From Octopus sinensis (Eukaryota), in assembly GCF_006345805.1 (NCBI RefSeq), contig NC_042997.1:150784001-150848000 (forward strand): a stretch of 64,000 nucleotides of DNA, read 5' to 3'. Positions 41,701-55,789 of this stretch are shown piece by piece. The translations under genes were made by a program, and so were the position numbers. Under the pieces are notes generated by a model. The model did not search any database. It was not told the origin of the DNA and was given only the letters and a program-made list of their open reading frames with translations. Each line of letters begins with the position of its first letter. The first letter of the stretch is position 1.

Positions 41701-44700
41701 AAAATGTCATATATATAGAGAGAAACACAGACAGGGTATCTGAATGTAATGTAGCGATCAAGAAAATGATAATTGTACAAGTCTCTTAGTTTTCCTTTTA
41801 TTTTTTTTACTATTTACACTTAATCACAAAACGATTAATTAAAAGATATCACAGAACAATAACTGATTTTCCAGTTTCTTGATATATTATATAGTATACC
41901 AACACAGACACAAATATTTCAACACTAATTTCTAGAGTGCCAATAATCCGCAATAGAAAAGTAACAGATCTTGTAAAAAAACTACCCTTAGTCTATTACT
42001 CAAATACCTCAGTCGCAATGATTTTGTGAAATACTGCTAAATGTTAAATAACTTGCATTATTTTGAAAGGTGAACATTTTAAATTCCATATGTATAGTTA
42101 ATACAATTTTGACGGTGAACCACATTTATTTTAAAAACATAAAAGTTTCCTCCACGGAAAAAATGAACTGGAGTAGGCAAGTCTTTGTTTTCATCTATAA
42201 GCTACATATTCCAACATCTGAGATATAGAAACGTTTTCTTTCTTTAAATCCATGAAGTAGAAAAGAAAACCATTCACGATAATCCTTCAGGTAAGAATCC
42301 TATTAGCTTTAGTTGACGCTACGACAGTACAATCTTTTTCGTACGGTTAATATTCACCCGAACATCTGTTTCCGATATGTGCTTGCTCGTATAGTGACAT
42401 CATTCTTTATATATTTTGTCTATTATATTTGAATTCGTATAAAGCAAAGTAAGTTATCTCTGAGGCTATTCTGTTTCCATTTGCTGATACAATTTTTGTA
42501 GTCGCTTAACAATTGAAAGACCGTAAGTATCCCTTACATTTTGGCTTTTTATAATTCTATTTTTCATTTCCATTTAGATCATCAATCTATAACACTAGGC
42601 GGTATAACTTTTTCCTTAGTTATTTCTGAGCGTTCTGAAAAGCTTGACAGTTATTCAAGAACTATAAACTTTCAGAAACGTCACATTGGTGCCTAAAAGC
42701 TGACATAACTCGGAAGTTTATTCGATAAACACTGTGTCACCGTTTGAATTTAAGGAAAGATGACACCGTTTTCTTTTTTTTTCAAATCTTTTCACTTATT
42801 TGAGTAGATCATGTAGGCTTAAGATATGTACAATTTCTACGTTTCCAGTGATGACCAGAGCAACTGAAATGTCATAAATCTAATGAAGAATACCGACGCA
42901 TTTTCATATTAAATTTTCTATTGAAATAAAGCATGGCCATTATTTGTTCCCTATACGAGTAAATCATTATTTTTTATATGGGAACTAGGCTCAACATGAT
43001 GAAGGAAATTGATGAGTAGAAATGCGTTCCTACAGCATTCAGTTTACATCTTATTCGAATCCAAATGAAATAAACTGAATTATTCATTGAATCTGAATTA
43101 AAGTTTCTTATAAACGGAATCGTTTTCTACATGATCAACCTTTTCTTTTTTTTTTTGACTACGCACAACAATTAATTTTTTTAATGATATGAATACAAGT
43201 TTGTTACGTATGTGTATATTTCTGAGATATTACCATAGCATGCACGTGAAGTATGCTTCGATTATTTGATTTAAAATGTCACAGAAATATATTTGGTTAC
43301 AATTAATCATTCCGTTTAAAAGTAGAAATATCCCTAGTGAAATTCTAGTAGCGAAATATTTAAAACTATATTAGATGTCTCACAGAAATAATTAATAATG
43401 TACATCTCTGTAATTGAATCCAGATATTAAAAGTTGATTTAGAATTTATTGATGAATTTGAAATACAGACACTATAGTATTCCTTGTAATAATTTGGTTG
43501 TACGTCAGTGTGTTTCTATTTGATGTGTTCTCTATCACTTTACCAACAGAGTTAGCTTCATCAAGCAACGTAGGATACATGATACTTAAAAAGAAAAGTC
43601 AAAAGCAGAGAAAAAGGGAACAACAGAAAAATAAATTAGCTATATGCTATCATTCATTTGCAACTAATTTTGAATTATAGAATATCACTTCCATTAGCAA
43701 ATTACGGAGTATGATAAAGAGCGTCGTAAAACTGAGCTGTTATTCTTGCTAAAGAATAAACAATATAATGACAGTTATGGAGAACAAAAAAAAACATTAC
43801 AATAATATTCTGATTTGAAAATTAGCAGCAGTCTAACTTTTGCAGATTCTGTAAAATAAATACAGAAATATTTTACGTAAATCTTCTATACTCTGTATTA
43901 TATATTTGCTTGTCAAAAGAGAATGGATTTCAACGAAAAAATATTCTATTATTAACGGCATACGTTAGCTAATTATGTCTCTGAACACTTCAACATTTAT
44001 CACGTTTCATATATGTTTCGCTGTACTGGGATGTGCTTATGTGAGGATATAGGACTATTGTAAACAACGTCCCCTTAAACTTTTCAATCCGTATTCTTAG
44101 TATACCGGAAATTTCAGAATTAACACTCTGCAGAACTACTACGATGGTTTGAGTGAGAAGAACCTTTTCCAGAAATAAGCCGAAGAGAAAATGATATATC
44201 AGTTAAAATAATAAATTTTCGTGCTCGCAATATTTAGTTTCATTACAAATATCTACTCAAAGATAAGTGCTATGTCGAATTAATTTTTTATTAATTCTAA
44301 CCACGCAGCGAAGCTCATTAGAACCGGATACTTTTGAGAAAGGACTGCTAATGTATAGGATCTACACACCTGCAGATATTCAATAGGAATTATACCTCGG
44401 TCAAATAAATCCATAAGACTATTGAAAATTAAATGACCAATATCAACTTTTTAATATGAACACGAAATGGGAGGTGGTAATATTTTAGAAACAGATTTAT
44501 AATATGCCACAAAGGTTTCCCTATCAAAGTGTAATACTGGAATCAGATTCAAGTCTTGTTACCTTAAACGCGAGTCTAAGTTTTTATATGTCTCTTCTCA
44601 GTTGTTTTCAATAAATATTTTCCTAATTGTAGAATGTGAGTTATAAAGTATATTAGCTGTCCATTGGCTAGGGCTGACAGGACTCCACAATTCAGAGCAA

Positions 44701-45051
44701 ACGACTGCTTTACAAATGTTCCTTTAAATCATTATCTCTCTAATTTAGAAACGGATAGTACAAAGACCATCACACAAATGAGAATTTAGTTGTTTTTTTT
44801 TTTTATTGAATCTTATCTAAATGTTTAAATCACTAGATCTCAACAATCTAAACCTTAAGGACTCATTTGATTCCGATTTTACCATTCTGGACCTGAATAA
44901 GCATTTCGTGTTTTATAAAGTATCATTATACTTTTGTAATATTATAAGGAAATAAGTAACACAATGGCTAGAATATTGGTGCATTGTAGAAGTAGAGCCA
45001 ATTTACTGCACGTAAACTTTAACAGCACACACATACACATGCACACACACA

Positions 45052-45090
<39 letters not shown>

Positions 45091-45319
45091 TGTCTGTGTG
45101 AGAGAGAGGGGAGGGATGGACAGAGTGTGGAGAGAAGGAGAGACAGAGAGAGAGATAGAAAGAGAGAAAACAAAGACAGAGAGAGAAATATAGTTATGGC
45201 CGGTGACCTATAAACTATCTTCAAAATGGAGGGAGAATGCCACGTGGCTAGTTTTTGAATACATACACAGACATACAATAAAGGTCAAGTGCATGGGAAT
45301 ATGTATGTCTTCAGCCACG

Positions 45320-45700
45320 ATCTGGAACCTACCCAGTCAGCTTGTGGGTACCAGGATTTCAATAGGAATCGCCTGATGTTAAACAGTGTCCGAAGACTGT
45401 TCTGTAATTTAAGATTTTCTCCCGGCTGAGGGATTTCTTTGACATCGTCACCCGGTCCATTATGCACGTCTTGCAACATTTCCACTCATTAATGTGCGGG
45501 ACCGGTTTTTCTAGGTTCTGCCATTTGAGTTACCATATGATTACATGTGTCCCTTCATCCTTCAGACCCCACACGTGCTTTGCCAACGACGTGGTATAAC
45601 ATCTTTCCGGGATCCTAAACGGGTATGTGTTATTATTGTTAACATTATTAGCATTATCATTAGCGATGGTGCTGCTATCATTTCTGTTATAGTTGCTGTC
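45320..45700 (-). mobile_element. Penelope-like GIY-YIG C-terminal fragment
   Basis: FRIPERCYTTSLAKHVWGLKDEGTHVIIW then KWQNLEKPVPHINEWKCCKTCI. Confidence 0.75.
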
Positions 45701-45749
45701 GTTTCTATAATCAATCCTGAAGGGCGAAGGAAATCCACGTGTAATTACA

Positions 45750-45975
45750 TGGTTAATCATATGGGACATCCTAAACAAACCGAGTCCCTACATCAACAGG
45801 AGCAAACGTTGCAAGCTTTGTATAGCAGGGCTGGCGCCAATGTTAAAGAACTCCCTCGACCTGAGGTAAATCTAACTTAAATTTTAGTATTGAAGTTTCA
45901 GACCCCGTTTACACTTCAGGCGATTCATATTGAAATCTTGGGGCTCACAAACTGACAGGGCGGATACCGGTTAGT
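45750..45975 (+). mobile_element. Inverted partial copy of the same PLE 3' end
   Basis: IWDILNKPSPYINRSKRCKLCIA; reverse complement aligns with 45320-45540. Confidence 0.8.
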
Positions 45976-46238
45976 GGTCTAAAGTAGACAATGCCTTGCA
46001 CTTGATCTTTCATCTTTGTCTGTGTGTTCAAGAATTAGCCACGAGGTTTTTCTCCCTCCATTTTGAAGAGACGCTATAAGACACAGGCAATTAAGGTCTG
46101 ACGAGATGTATGAAAAGCTAAGCGCTCTATGGACGCAAACCAGGTAAACTTATGAAACGGTAATAATAATTTCTCTCAAAAATACTCTTGTGCTTAGTGA
46201 GCCTCTCTTTCGGATTCATGATTTACTGACGATATATA

Positions 46239-46299
<61 letters not shown>

Positions 46300-46441
46300 G
46301 TGTGCGCGCGCGTACGTATGCATATATGTAAGCATGTCTATATGTAGTTGTAACTTACAGAAAAATAAATAATTAAGACAAGTGTATGGTATGAACTAAT
46401 GGCAGGTGTATTAGTTTTATGCTCAGGAAAGTGAGAAAGTT

Positions 46442-46477
46442 ATTCTACGTTTTGAGCCTACGCTCTTTATCAGAAAC
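46442..46477 (-). ncRNA. Decayed minimal PLE hammerhead
   Basis: Minus strand gttt-CTGATaA-a-gagc gtag gctc-aAA-ACGT-A-gaat. Confidence 0.45.
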
Positions 46478-49419
46478 GAATATGAGGAAATAAATAGAGA
46501 ATAATAAAAAAAAAAAAACTTGTGGATTTAGCGATCCGCTTAGTCATAGCAAGATTAGTTGACTGGCGCAGAACTCAACATACATATTGTCCAGAAAACA
46601 AAGCTATAACAGTATAAATTTGTAATAGAAAACAAATTCATGACACCGGAAAAACCCAGTCTTATGTAATAAAATTCATTCGCTTCCAGCTGTCTCTATT
46701 ATGAGTTGTGGTTGACGCATAGTTGCGTACCAGGATAACATCTTATAGCAGAAACAGTTGTAAGCGAATGAAATTTATTAAATAACATTTGTTTTTTCTT
46801 GTCATCTCTTTGTTGCGTGTGTTTGTGTGTGTTTGTGTGTGTGTGTATGTGTGTGTCTGTGTGTGTGTCTGTGTGTGTGCGTGTGTTTAAGAATAAGACA
46901 CTTTTATGTGACTGTTGCGCAACTTGAGACAAACACTTTGCCAAAGTCAATATTACGAAACTACACTTTAAAATAATTGTATTTGTCAGGAATATTTTAA
47001 TCGTATTAGCTTTTAAATCTTTCTGAATATGCGGCGATTTATATCAGCTTAACTAATTAGAAGCATTGGTTTCATTATTAATCACTTAATAGGAAATAGC
47101 TGAGACTCCATTCCAACTGCGCCACTTGAAACACCGAGTTCTCTCTTTGATCAAAACTTAAACTAATGTAAATTAATAATACAGTTGAATTATTTTATTA
47201 ATAGTTGGTGGATTAGATGAATCGCTACATTGGTGGGCTATAGATCTTGCTAGCTTTAAACATTATCTTTTAATATTTTTCTGATTTCAATTGCAAGCAG
47301 TGATAAACCTTGATTGATTTTATCAATCTATGATCGATAATGTGAGCTGTCAGTCATATACTGTAGATGATTTATCGAGTATTCTCTCAAACCACATCTA
47401 TGCATTGTTCCTATGTTAGAATACAACGCTGCACTTCATTTAACCGATTAATAATGCGTGTTGCGTATGCAAGGTTAGTACACCTTTGATGCACACAATT
47501 ACTTTGTGGCTTGTAGATCTATATTTGCTCTTAGTATGTAGAATCTGTTGCATTATATTCATGTCAGTGAAGAGTTATGGCATCGTAAACAAGCATCGAT
47601 ATCTTGTCAAGAAACAACATCATCATCAACTCCAATTCCTCATATGTTAGTAAATTACACAGGTGAAATGACTGAATAATGAAACACAACCTTAACGGAA
47701 TAGCTATTGAGTAGTCTTAAGAATGGGATGGCAATCATGATACCGCAAGCATGATTTAGTCGGAAACATTGGTGACGTTAATGTTCTGATTAAACAACCT
47801 TTATGTAACGGCTGCTGGAAAATACATGTTTAGAATATGGTGCTTTATACAATAATTTTAATCGTTTGAAAATCATGCCAAATATATTAAAATGTCTCAT
47901 CTGAACCCCATAAAGCCTGTTACAACACCTAATGTATTTCAGAAAGGGTTATAAATTGTAGTAAAAACAAAAACAATCGCTATTACAATACAAATTTGCA
48001 GTATTCAAAGTGTAAGTTACAAAGCTGTAGCTTTGAGACATTAAATAAAAGCCGGTAGATAACACACGCAAAATCGGTTTGGCCAAATTCCCGGTATGCT
48101 GGTCTCAGGATTTGGCAAAAATACATGTGCGTCTTTGCGGTTATCGTAGAAAGATTCCAAAAGACTTGGACATATACTGAAAGGGAAAGCCTTAGCGATG
48201 ATTGTTGATTTCATTTACCTCTTGAAAAGAAAACTACAGGAAACTTAACTATCTGTTTCCGTATGGTGTTATATTATTTTATCAAATTAAACTTTCATTT
48301 GATTCCAAAAATTATAAATATTTGTATGTTAGGCCCTGAAACCAAAAGGGATAACGTAAACTTTTAATTTGCCTCATATATTGCTCAATGTGTTACCTTC
48401 ACGTCAGTTAGTGTGCTTGCATAACATTTGTAGTCCTCAATCAAATGTATTCCAGTCGTGAACTACACGTCAATATTAAGGAATAGAAAATGAATGATAG
48501 TTACGTTGTCTGTGTCTTTTGCTCATTCAACTTTTAAAATTGTAAGGGGTCACGCAGTTACGTTAATTAAGAGCCAGCAGCTACGATTGACATATATGAG
48601 AGCACACCCAATATCGAAGTTAAGTGGGAGAATCGAAAATACTACAGATTAAGAATGGAAAATAACTGTAACGGTAATAAAATTTGGATTTAATAGCATC
48701 ATAGTTAATCAGCAAAGATATAGAATTTGGCCGAAAGCAACGTTCATATTCACGAGTAAAACATGGATATATTGGCATTTAATAGTCAATACACACTAAA
48801 TTCACAAAATGGGATGTATAGTTGGAAATTCGTAGCATAAAATAGAACGCTAAGCCACAGGCCCTCAATAATAACGTAGTGTCACTGCCAAAAACGTTAG
48901 TGTTACAGTGGTGGGAATGCTTCCTTATTTTCTGGTATATACCGAGGATTACATTTTCTAACATGTCATTCCATCTTTAAGGCAGCAGTTTGAAACGTAA
49001 TGGAAGTTTATTTTTACAGTGTGAACTGCTTAGAAAACACTCATAGGTGACTTCAAAGTTAACGATTAATTCTATTTATGGGAAACCTCTACCACTGATT
49101 ATAGACACCACAATTTCTTCATGATGAGTGAATGTTACATTACTTTGTATCTTGAAGTGTATGTTGTCACAAACCAAGATAAAGAGAAAAGCACAAAATA
49201 CATCTAAACGTAAAGAGACAGTGAAGTCCATGAAATTCAAGGAAATGACCAGAAATATTTATCATATTAATCTTTGTGGAATATATTTTGCATCCGATTA
49301 TTAGGTGTTCTATAATACTTTCAATGTAATATGTTCATAAGCCGAATTACATTTTCCATAATACAGAAACTTTCCTAATTTTCTCGCTGGACAGAAGGAT
49401 CTTGAGAGGAAGAATAATA

Positions 49420-49562
49420 CGATTTCATCGACCCTAGTAGCTGACTGGTACTCCAATTATCGAACGTGAAATGACGGAAGGCAGAGTCGATCTCGGCGGA
49501 ATTTGAACCCAAAAGTTAGAGACCGACGAAATACCGGTAGGCATATTGTCCGGTGTACTTAC
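49420..49562 (-). mobile_element. tRNA-derived SINE, family 1 (partial)
   Basis: actggtact...gaaggcagagtcgatctcggcggaatttgaac. Confidence 0.8.
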
Positions 49563-50116
49563 TTAAAAGCATATATTTTATCATCTGTAGGAAATTGTGA
49601 TGAAAGAAAAAGCCTATTTCGTCTGTAAAAAATTCATTTCGGTGAAATATATTTCCGAAAAATGCACAACAGGTAACTAAAATCAGGCAATATTAACGAT
49701 GAAATACATTTCAAATGAGAAAGTTCTACTCACAATTAGTTGAAAATGAACACTTAATGCTGGATTACTTAAACATATCTGCTCGTATCATCTACAATAT
49801 TATACATTTGTATTTATAATTACAACTATTGGCATAGGTAGGAATGATATTTGCGGTTAAAAAATGAATATACGAAGTGAGTTACTTAAGAAAATGAAAA
49901 ATGTGATATAATATGTAAATTTGAGAAGAACAATGAAATTTAGTAATAGTTTTAATGGATCAGGTATAATTAACTATTTCTTATTAAATATCTCTCCAAT
50001 TTGCAATTGTAGCATTGTGTTGGGAGAAATAGGATCTCTGAAACAAGTAGAAAAACAAAAGAAGAGTACTTACTCATAATCCTTCCCCAAAGACATTTTC
50101 ATAACGTACACACATG

Positions 50117-50500
50117 TATGTATGTATGTATGTATGTATGTATGTATGTATGTATGTATGTATGCATGTATGTATGTATGTATGTATGTATGTATGTATG
50201 TATGTATGTATGTATGTACGTACGTATGTATGTATGCATGTATGTATGTATGCAGGAAAGTAAGCAGTTAGTTAGGTTTATATGTGTGTATATATATATG
50301 TGTTTGTGTGTTTGTGCGTGAGGGTACAAATACATACATACATACATGCAAACACACATACATACACGCACATACATACGTACATACATAGATACATACA
50401 TACATACATATATACATACATGCATACATACATACATACATACATACATACATACATACATACATACATGCATACATACATACATACATATATACATACA
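50117..50500. repeat. (TATG)n and (CATA)n arrays in inverted orientation
   Basis: (TATG)n ~50117-50253, ~75-nt spacer, (CATA)n ~50330-50500. Confidence 0.9.
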
Positions 50501-50694
50501 CTTAAAACCACACATATAGATGTGCACAAACAGACGCATGCACGCACATATTTATATATGCGTATCGACCGAAATCTAAATTAAAGTATTATTAAATATA
50601 TCTGTATACCCTCCGGAAGGTTCAGAATATCTATATTGAGATTTTTGAGAAGACTGTGCTAATTGAAATGAAATTGTATTATAGTGTGTGTCCA

Positions 50695-50701
<7 letters not shown>

Positions 50702-50780
<79 letters not shown>

Positions 50781-50928
50781 ATTGTATGTATATATATGTG
50801 TATGCATAAATAGATATATGTATAATTATATATATATATATATGTCTATATATATATATACATATGTATTTGCATATATATATATATACATATATATACT
50901 ATATATAAATATAAAATTATAGATATAC

Positions 50929-50974
<46 letters not shown>

Positions 50975-50980
50975 TATGTC

Positions 50981-51028
<48 letters not shown>

Positions 51029-51037
51029 AATATATAT

Positions 51038-51102
<65 letters not shown>

Positions 51103-51105
51103 CAT
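50702..51105. repeat. (CT)n followed by ~370 bp of degenerate (TA)n
   Basis: Directly visible. Confidence 0.95.
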
Positions 51106-51187
51106 AATAATAACTATTAGGGAATAAATCCAAATTTACAGGGAAAAAATCAGATTTAGGATTAAATCCAATTTTATAGTAAAATAT

Positions 51188-51403
51188 TATAAAATATTAT
51201 TAGAGACAAAACCACTATTTTGCAAAACAAACAAGGAAAGACTTAATCAATACATAAAATTTTAATAAATAGTCAAAAAATCCAAGACAAGAAACAATTG
51301 TAGTGGCGGTTTTTTTAACTATTTATTAAAATTTTATGTATTGATTAAGTCTTTCCTTGTTTGTTTTGCAAAATAGTGGTTTTGTCTCTAATAATATTTT
51401 ATA
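51188..51403. repeat. Perfect 86-bp inverted repeat with 44-nt spacer
   Basis: 51188-51273 is the exact reverse complement of 51318-51403. Confidence 0.95.
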
Positions 51404-52509
51404 CATATACATATATATATATATAAAGAGAGAGTGGGATAGTGAGATATTGATGTAGTTATATATGTGCGTGCGAGTGTACATATATACATATGCGTAC
51501 ATGCATTCCTGTATGACGTAGATATACGTATTCATTTGACGAGGTTCTGAGGGTCCTTGTGCACTACGTCTTAAATATCTGTTAGTATTTTATGTTTAAT
51601 CCATTGATGCATTGCAGAGCTTTATTTAACTCATGAAGAGGAGGTTTTCAAAATTCTGTAAATTCTACTTTAATGCGAATTCACTTAACTATTGATCTTG
51701 AGATAAATATCTTTTCTTATAATTTCACTCCTTCGTTCAGATCATTTGGCGAACAATTATTTAACATAGAATGAAATATATTTTCTGAGTCATAGTAAAG
51801 TAAAAAGTATGATAAATGAGTTGAAGGTCATTTACTCTCAATATTTTGATATCAATTGATGACTTTGCATGAAATTTTATTTATAAATTCCACACAGAAG
51901 AAAAAATACTTTTTCATCTATCTCATGAATATAAATGTACATCCGTATTTCTGATTGGTTCGATAATATTGTTTAGATATTCATATTTTTGCAGACCTAC
52001 TTCTATAGGCTTTCATGTTGGTAATATATGTATAGCTAACATTGTGATAATCTTAATGATGTGTAAAGCTCTAATTTGAAATAAAGAATTCATGCATATT
52101 TGAGGGTGAAGCGATATGAATGATCATTTGCTGTCCAAACGTGTAATATCATGAATTAAGTTCCGCCAGTATTCTGATTAATGTTAGGGACCGTACAATT
52201 TTACTTACTGTCTCTGTAAACATAGACACTGCAAGAAATTACGGGCCCTACAATATTGATGTGCTTGATGTCGATACCATTCCATTTAAACTGTCGTAGA
52301 ACTTCTGCATGAAAAACTACAGCAGGAAGAAGATTCCAAGGGAACGATATTCTGAGAAGGACATAGGATAAAAAACGTCTTTGATGCAGTACGGAAAATG
52401 AGAGGTGGAGAAAGGTGTGTTGTATGCGCGTCATTTGCAATTTCATGTGACTGATTATTACCGAGAATCAGACGTTAATGTAGTAGCAATATCATATACA
52501 AAATAGAGA

Positions 52510-53130
52510 CGACACACCTATGAACAAGTGATGCATACTCTCTCCATATGAATTTTAACGAAACAATCATCCGATCCGTACGCCTTCAGCTTAAAGATCA
52601 AAATAGCATTGATAATTCTAGAGAATGTTGGGGACATCATGGCACCTATGGCAGCTAGCATTCTTTAGTACTTTTTCTCTACGCATCAACACGTTTTCAA
52701 TTGCATCCCACAACATACGCAGCAACACTTTCTGACATGCCTTCCCTCTGTATCTGATTTAGAATCTTCCGCGACCTTCTATAATTTTTAAATCACTAAC
52801 TTACGAAACCTAGTACTTTACCAGCCACGTACAAATTTGTGGACCTAGCTAGTAATATACAACACCTCAGCACCACAGAATATCTTCTATTTTGACATTC
52901 TACCATTTTAACTGCCTCTCTTATTGTGCGCATTCCATGTTGAAATCTTGAAGCGCAATTAGCTCAGAAACCAGCATGTCCCGTTTCAGTAAGTATGCTC
53001 TATTTCAATATTTTATAACATAATGGGGCAATTCATTTACCAACTCTTTTAGCAATCAACGGTATGAAAGGAAGCTGTACATTGGCAACAGCTTTATAGA
53101 TATACCTTCTTTCAAATAAATTAGATTCTG
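52510..53130. repeat. Unclassified ~620-bp dispersed repeat, copy 1
   Basis: Colinear with 56810-57488, roughly 80% identical by eye. Confidence 0.85.
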
Positions 53131-53647
53131 AAGCCTAATTTTAGGAATATCTATATCCGTCAAATTTTAGTTCACATTAACCATTGCTATTTTGCTCGGG
53201 AAAAAGATTGCAATTAGCCCTCACGAAATAATTGCAAATATTCCACCCATTCCATTTTCTAACTGAAAATTAACTAACTCTTATGAAAAGATTCGAAATA
53301 TACCCTAGTAAATATCCGAACGAAGCTTGCAGAAGGATATGCTCAACAGAGACGAAGCCTATTTAAATTAGATGCTATAAGATAGCTTTCAGCAAAGTTA
53401 AGACCATTATTAAACAACTATTATGTACTCAGTATGTGCATTTCTACAGAAAATTATAACGGGTTTTATTAAAATCTTCATTCTTCATAATAGAAAGGAG
53501 TGTTCGGTACGTAACTATTTATTCTATATGCATATATACATGTATGTGTATGTGCATATATATATATCCGCGTATTGATATGGATCGGATATATATATGT
53601 GAGCATGTGTGAATGCATGTGCACACACATACACACACGCGCATATA

Positions 53648-53706
<59 letters not shown>

Positions 53707-54272
53707 TAGATAGATAGATAGATAGATATAAATATATATGCATACATTGAAACGTAAATGTCAGTTTACTTGCACGAGAGTGGATTTCGGGATCTATACA
53801 CACAAGCACACAATCCAAAATACATAACCACAGGTAGCATAACATATAGAAAAATACAGAGCGGTATAGATAGTTACATTGACATATAGGCAGATAAAGT
53901 GAATTCTAGGAGATTAATATCAAACTGCGTTCCTCCCTGCAACCAGCACGACGAATAATGCATGGAAATAAGATAGTGAAGTTTATAATTTGTTCCTATG
54001 TTTCCTGTTTGTTTAGTTTTTTTTCCAGACTTCATTTCGACATATGTAAACGCACCTTTAAATTGTTCTTCCAAAAGTATCTGGGTGCGTAATCAATATC
54101 TTTTTAAGTGATTCAGTCAAAGAAGTACGGTCATACTGGGGCACCAAATTTCGGGCTTTAGTTAGTCAACTCAACACCAATGTGCTAAACATATCGGTTA
54201 ATGCGTATCACGGAATCCAAATCAAACAGTTTTGAATAATATATATAAATCCCAATAAATGTGTTGAGTACC

Positions 54273-54304
<32 letters not shown>

Positions 54305-54316
54305 TATATATATATA

Positions 54317-54353
<37 letters not shown>

Positions 54354-54359
54354 GTGTGT

Positions 54360-54547
54360 GTGTTATAGGGAGAGTTTACGGAAAAAAACAAAGACGGGTG
54401 GTGTACAAAACAAACAACAGATGTATTAGTATAACGCTCAGGAATAGAAAAAGTCTTTTACATTTCGAGCCTACGCTCTTCTACAGAAAGGGACACAGCA
54501 AACAAGGAGAGAAAAAATGTGTGTAGTGGTTAACGATCTATCATGGC

Positions 54548-54548
<1 letters not shown>
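54360..54548 (-). mobile_element. Solo PLE pseudo-LTR-like unit with decayed minimal hammerhead (54455-54490)
   Basis: Minus strand cttt-CTGtAGA-a-gagc gtag gctc-GAA-AtGT-A-aaag; homologous to 46400-46480; flanked by (TG)/(TA)n. Confidence 0.6.
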
Positions 54549-54597
<49 letters not shown>

Positions 54598-55277
54598 GGA
54601 CATTTATATATGTGCCTGTGCGTATGTGAACATTCATATGTATATTCTTATATTGCCTGGCATACGATTCATGTTTGATTTTTTTTTAGAACTCAACAAT
54701 TGCTTGTTTGCTCAGGTAACAAAGGGGCAAGAGGCAACACTCCTCAGTTAATGGCAATTAGTGAGGATTTATTGGAAGCGTTTTAACCCGATGTAGTCAC
54801 TTACATGGGTGGGATGACAAGAAGGGAGTGATGTTAGAGATGTGAAGTCTAGCATGCATTATTTCGTTAGTAGCAATTTCCATCACACAAATCCTTGGTT
54901 TCCATTGTTTCTGTGCGTAACTCTTTCTTTGAACTGGTTGATAACCCTCCATACTCAGTCTATGAATGTTTGAGCTTACCCTGATACTATTTGATAGGTA
55001 TGTACAATGTAACGAATGAATATTTGCTGTTTGACGGTCTTTTCAGCCAGATGTTTACCTTAAAGGAGAGTTATATCTGCCTTGCTTCTTCATACTTTCA
55101 TAAATTTATCCAACCAAGCTTATGTACATATATGTGTGTATGTGTAAGTTAGGGGCAACATGTACTTTTTATGTGTGATGAAATTATATGCTTGTAAGTG
55201 AAGACCTCAACCTGATTTTATATGTATATATATACATATATATATATATATACACATATATATGCATATATATATAA

Positions 55278-55653
<376 letters not shown>

Positions 55654-55736
55654 GTTAAAAATTATTACCTTTGTACGGTATTTTTCCCATGCTGGCCACT
55701 AGATAATATGGATACTTAAATATCGATATTATCCTC

Positions 55737-55768
<32 letters not shown>

Positions 55769-55789
55769 TTAGTTATTTATATTAACTGT

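Noticed and set aside
42250-42300. Strong splice donor CAG|GTAAGA as a host exon end
   Set aside because: Longer upstream candidate exons contain stops in all frames; the one open 30-nt option is unsupported without RNA data
46098-46165. CTGACGA...GAAAC downstream of the 45-kb PLE
   Set aside because: Position fits a pseudo-LTR, but no helix I or II pairing was found
48969-49005. ttccat...GAAACGT-A-atggaa hammerhead-like layout
   Set aside because: The core reads CTTTAAG (four mismatches) and there is no helix II
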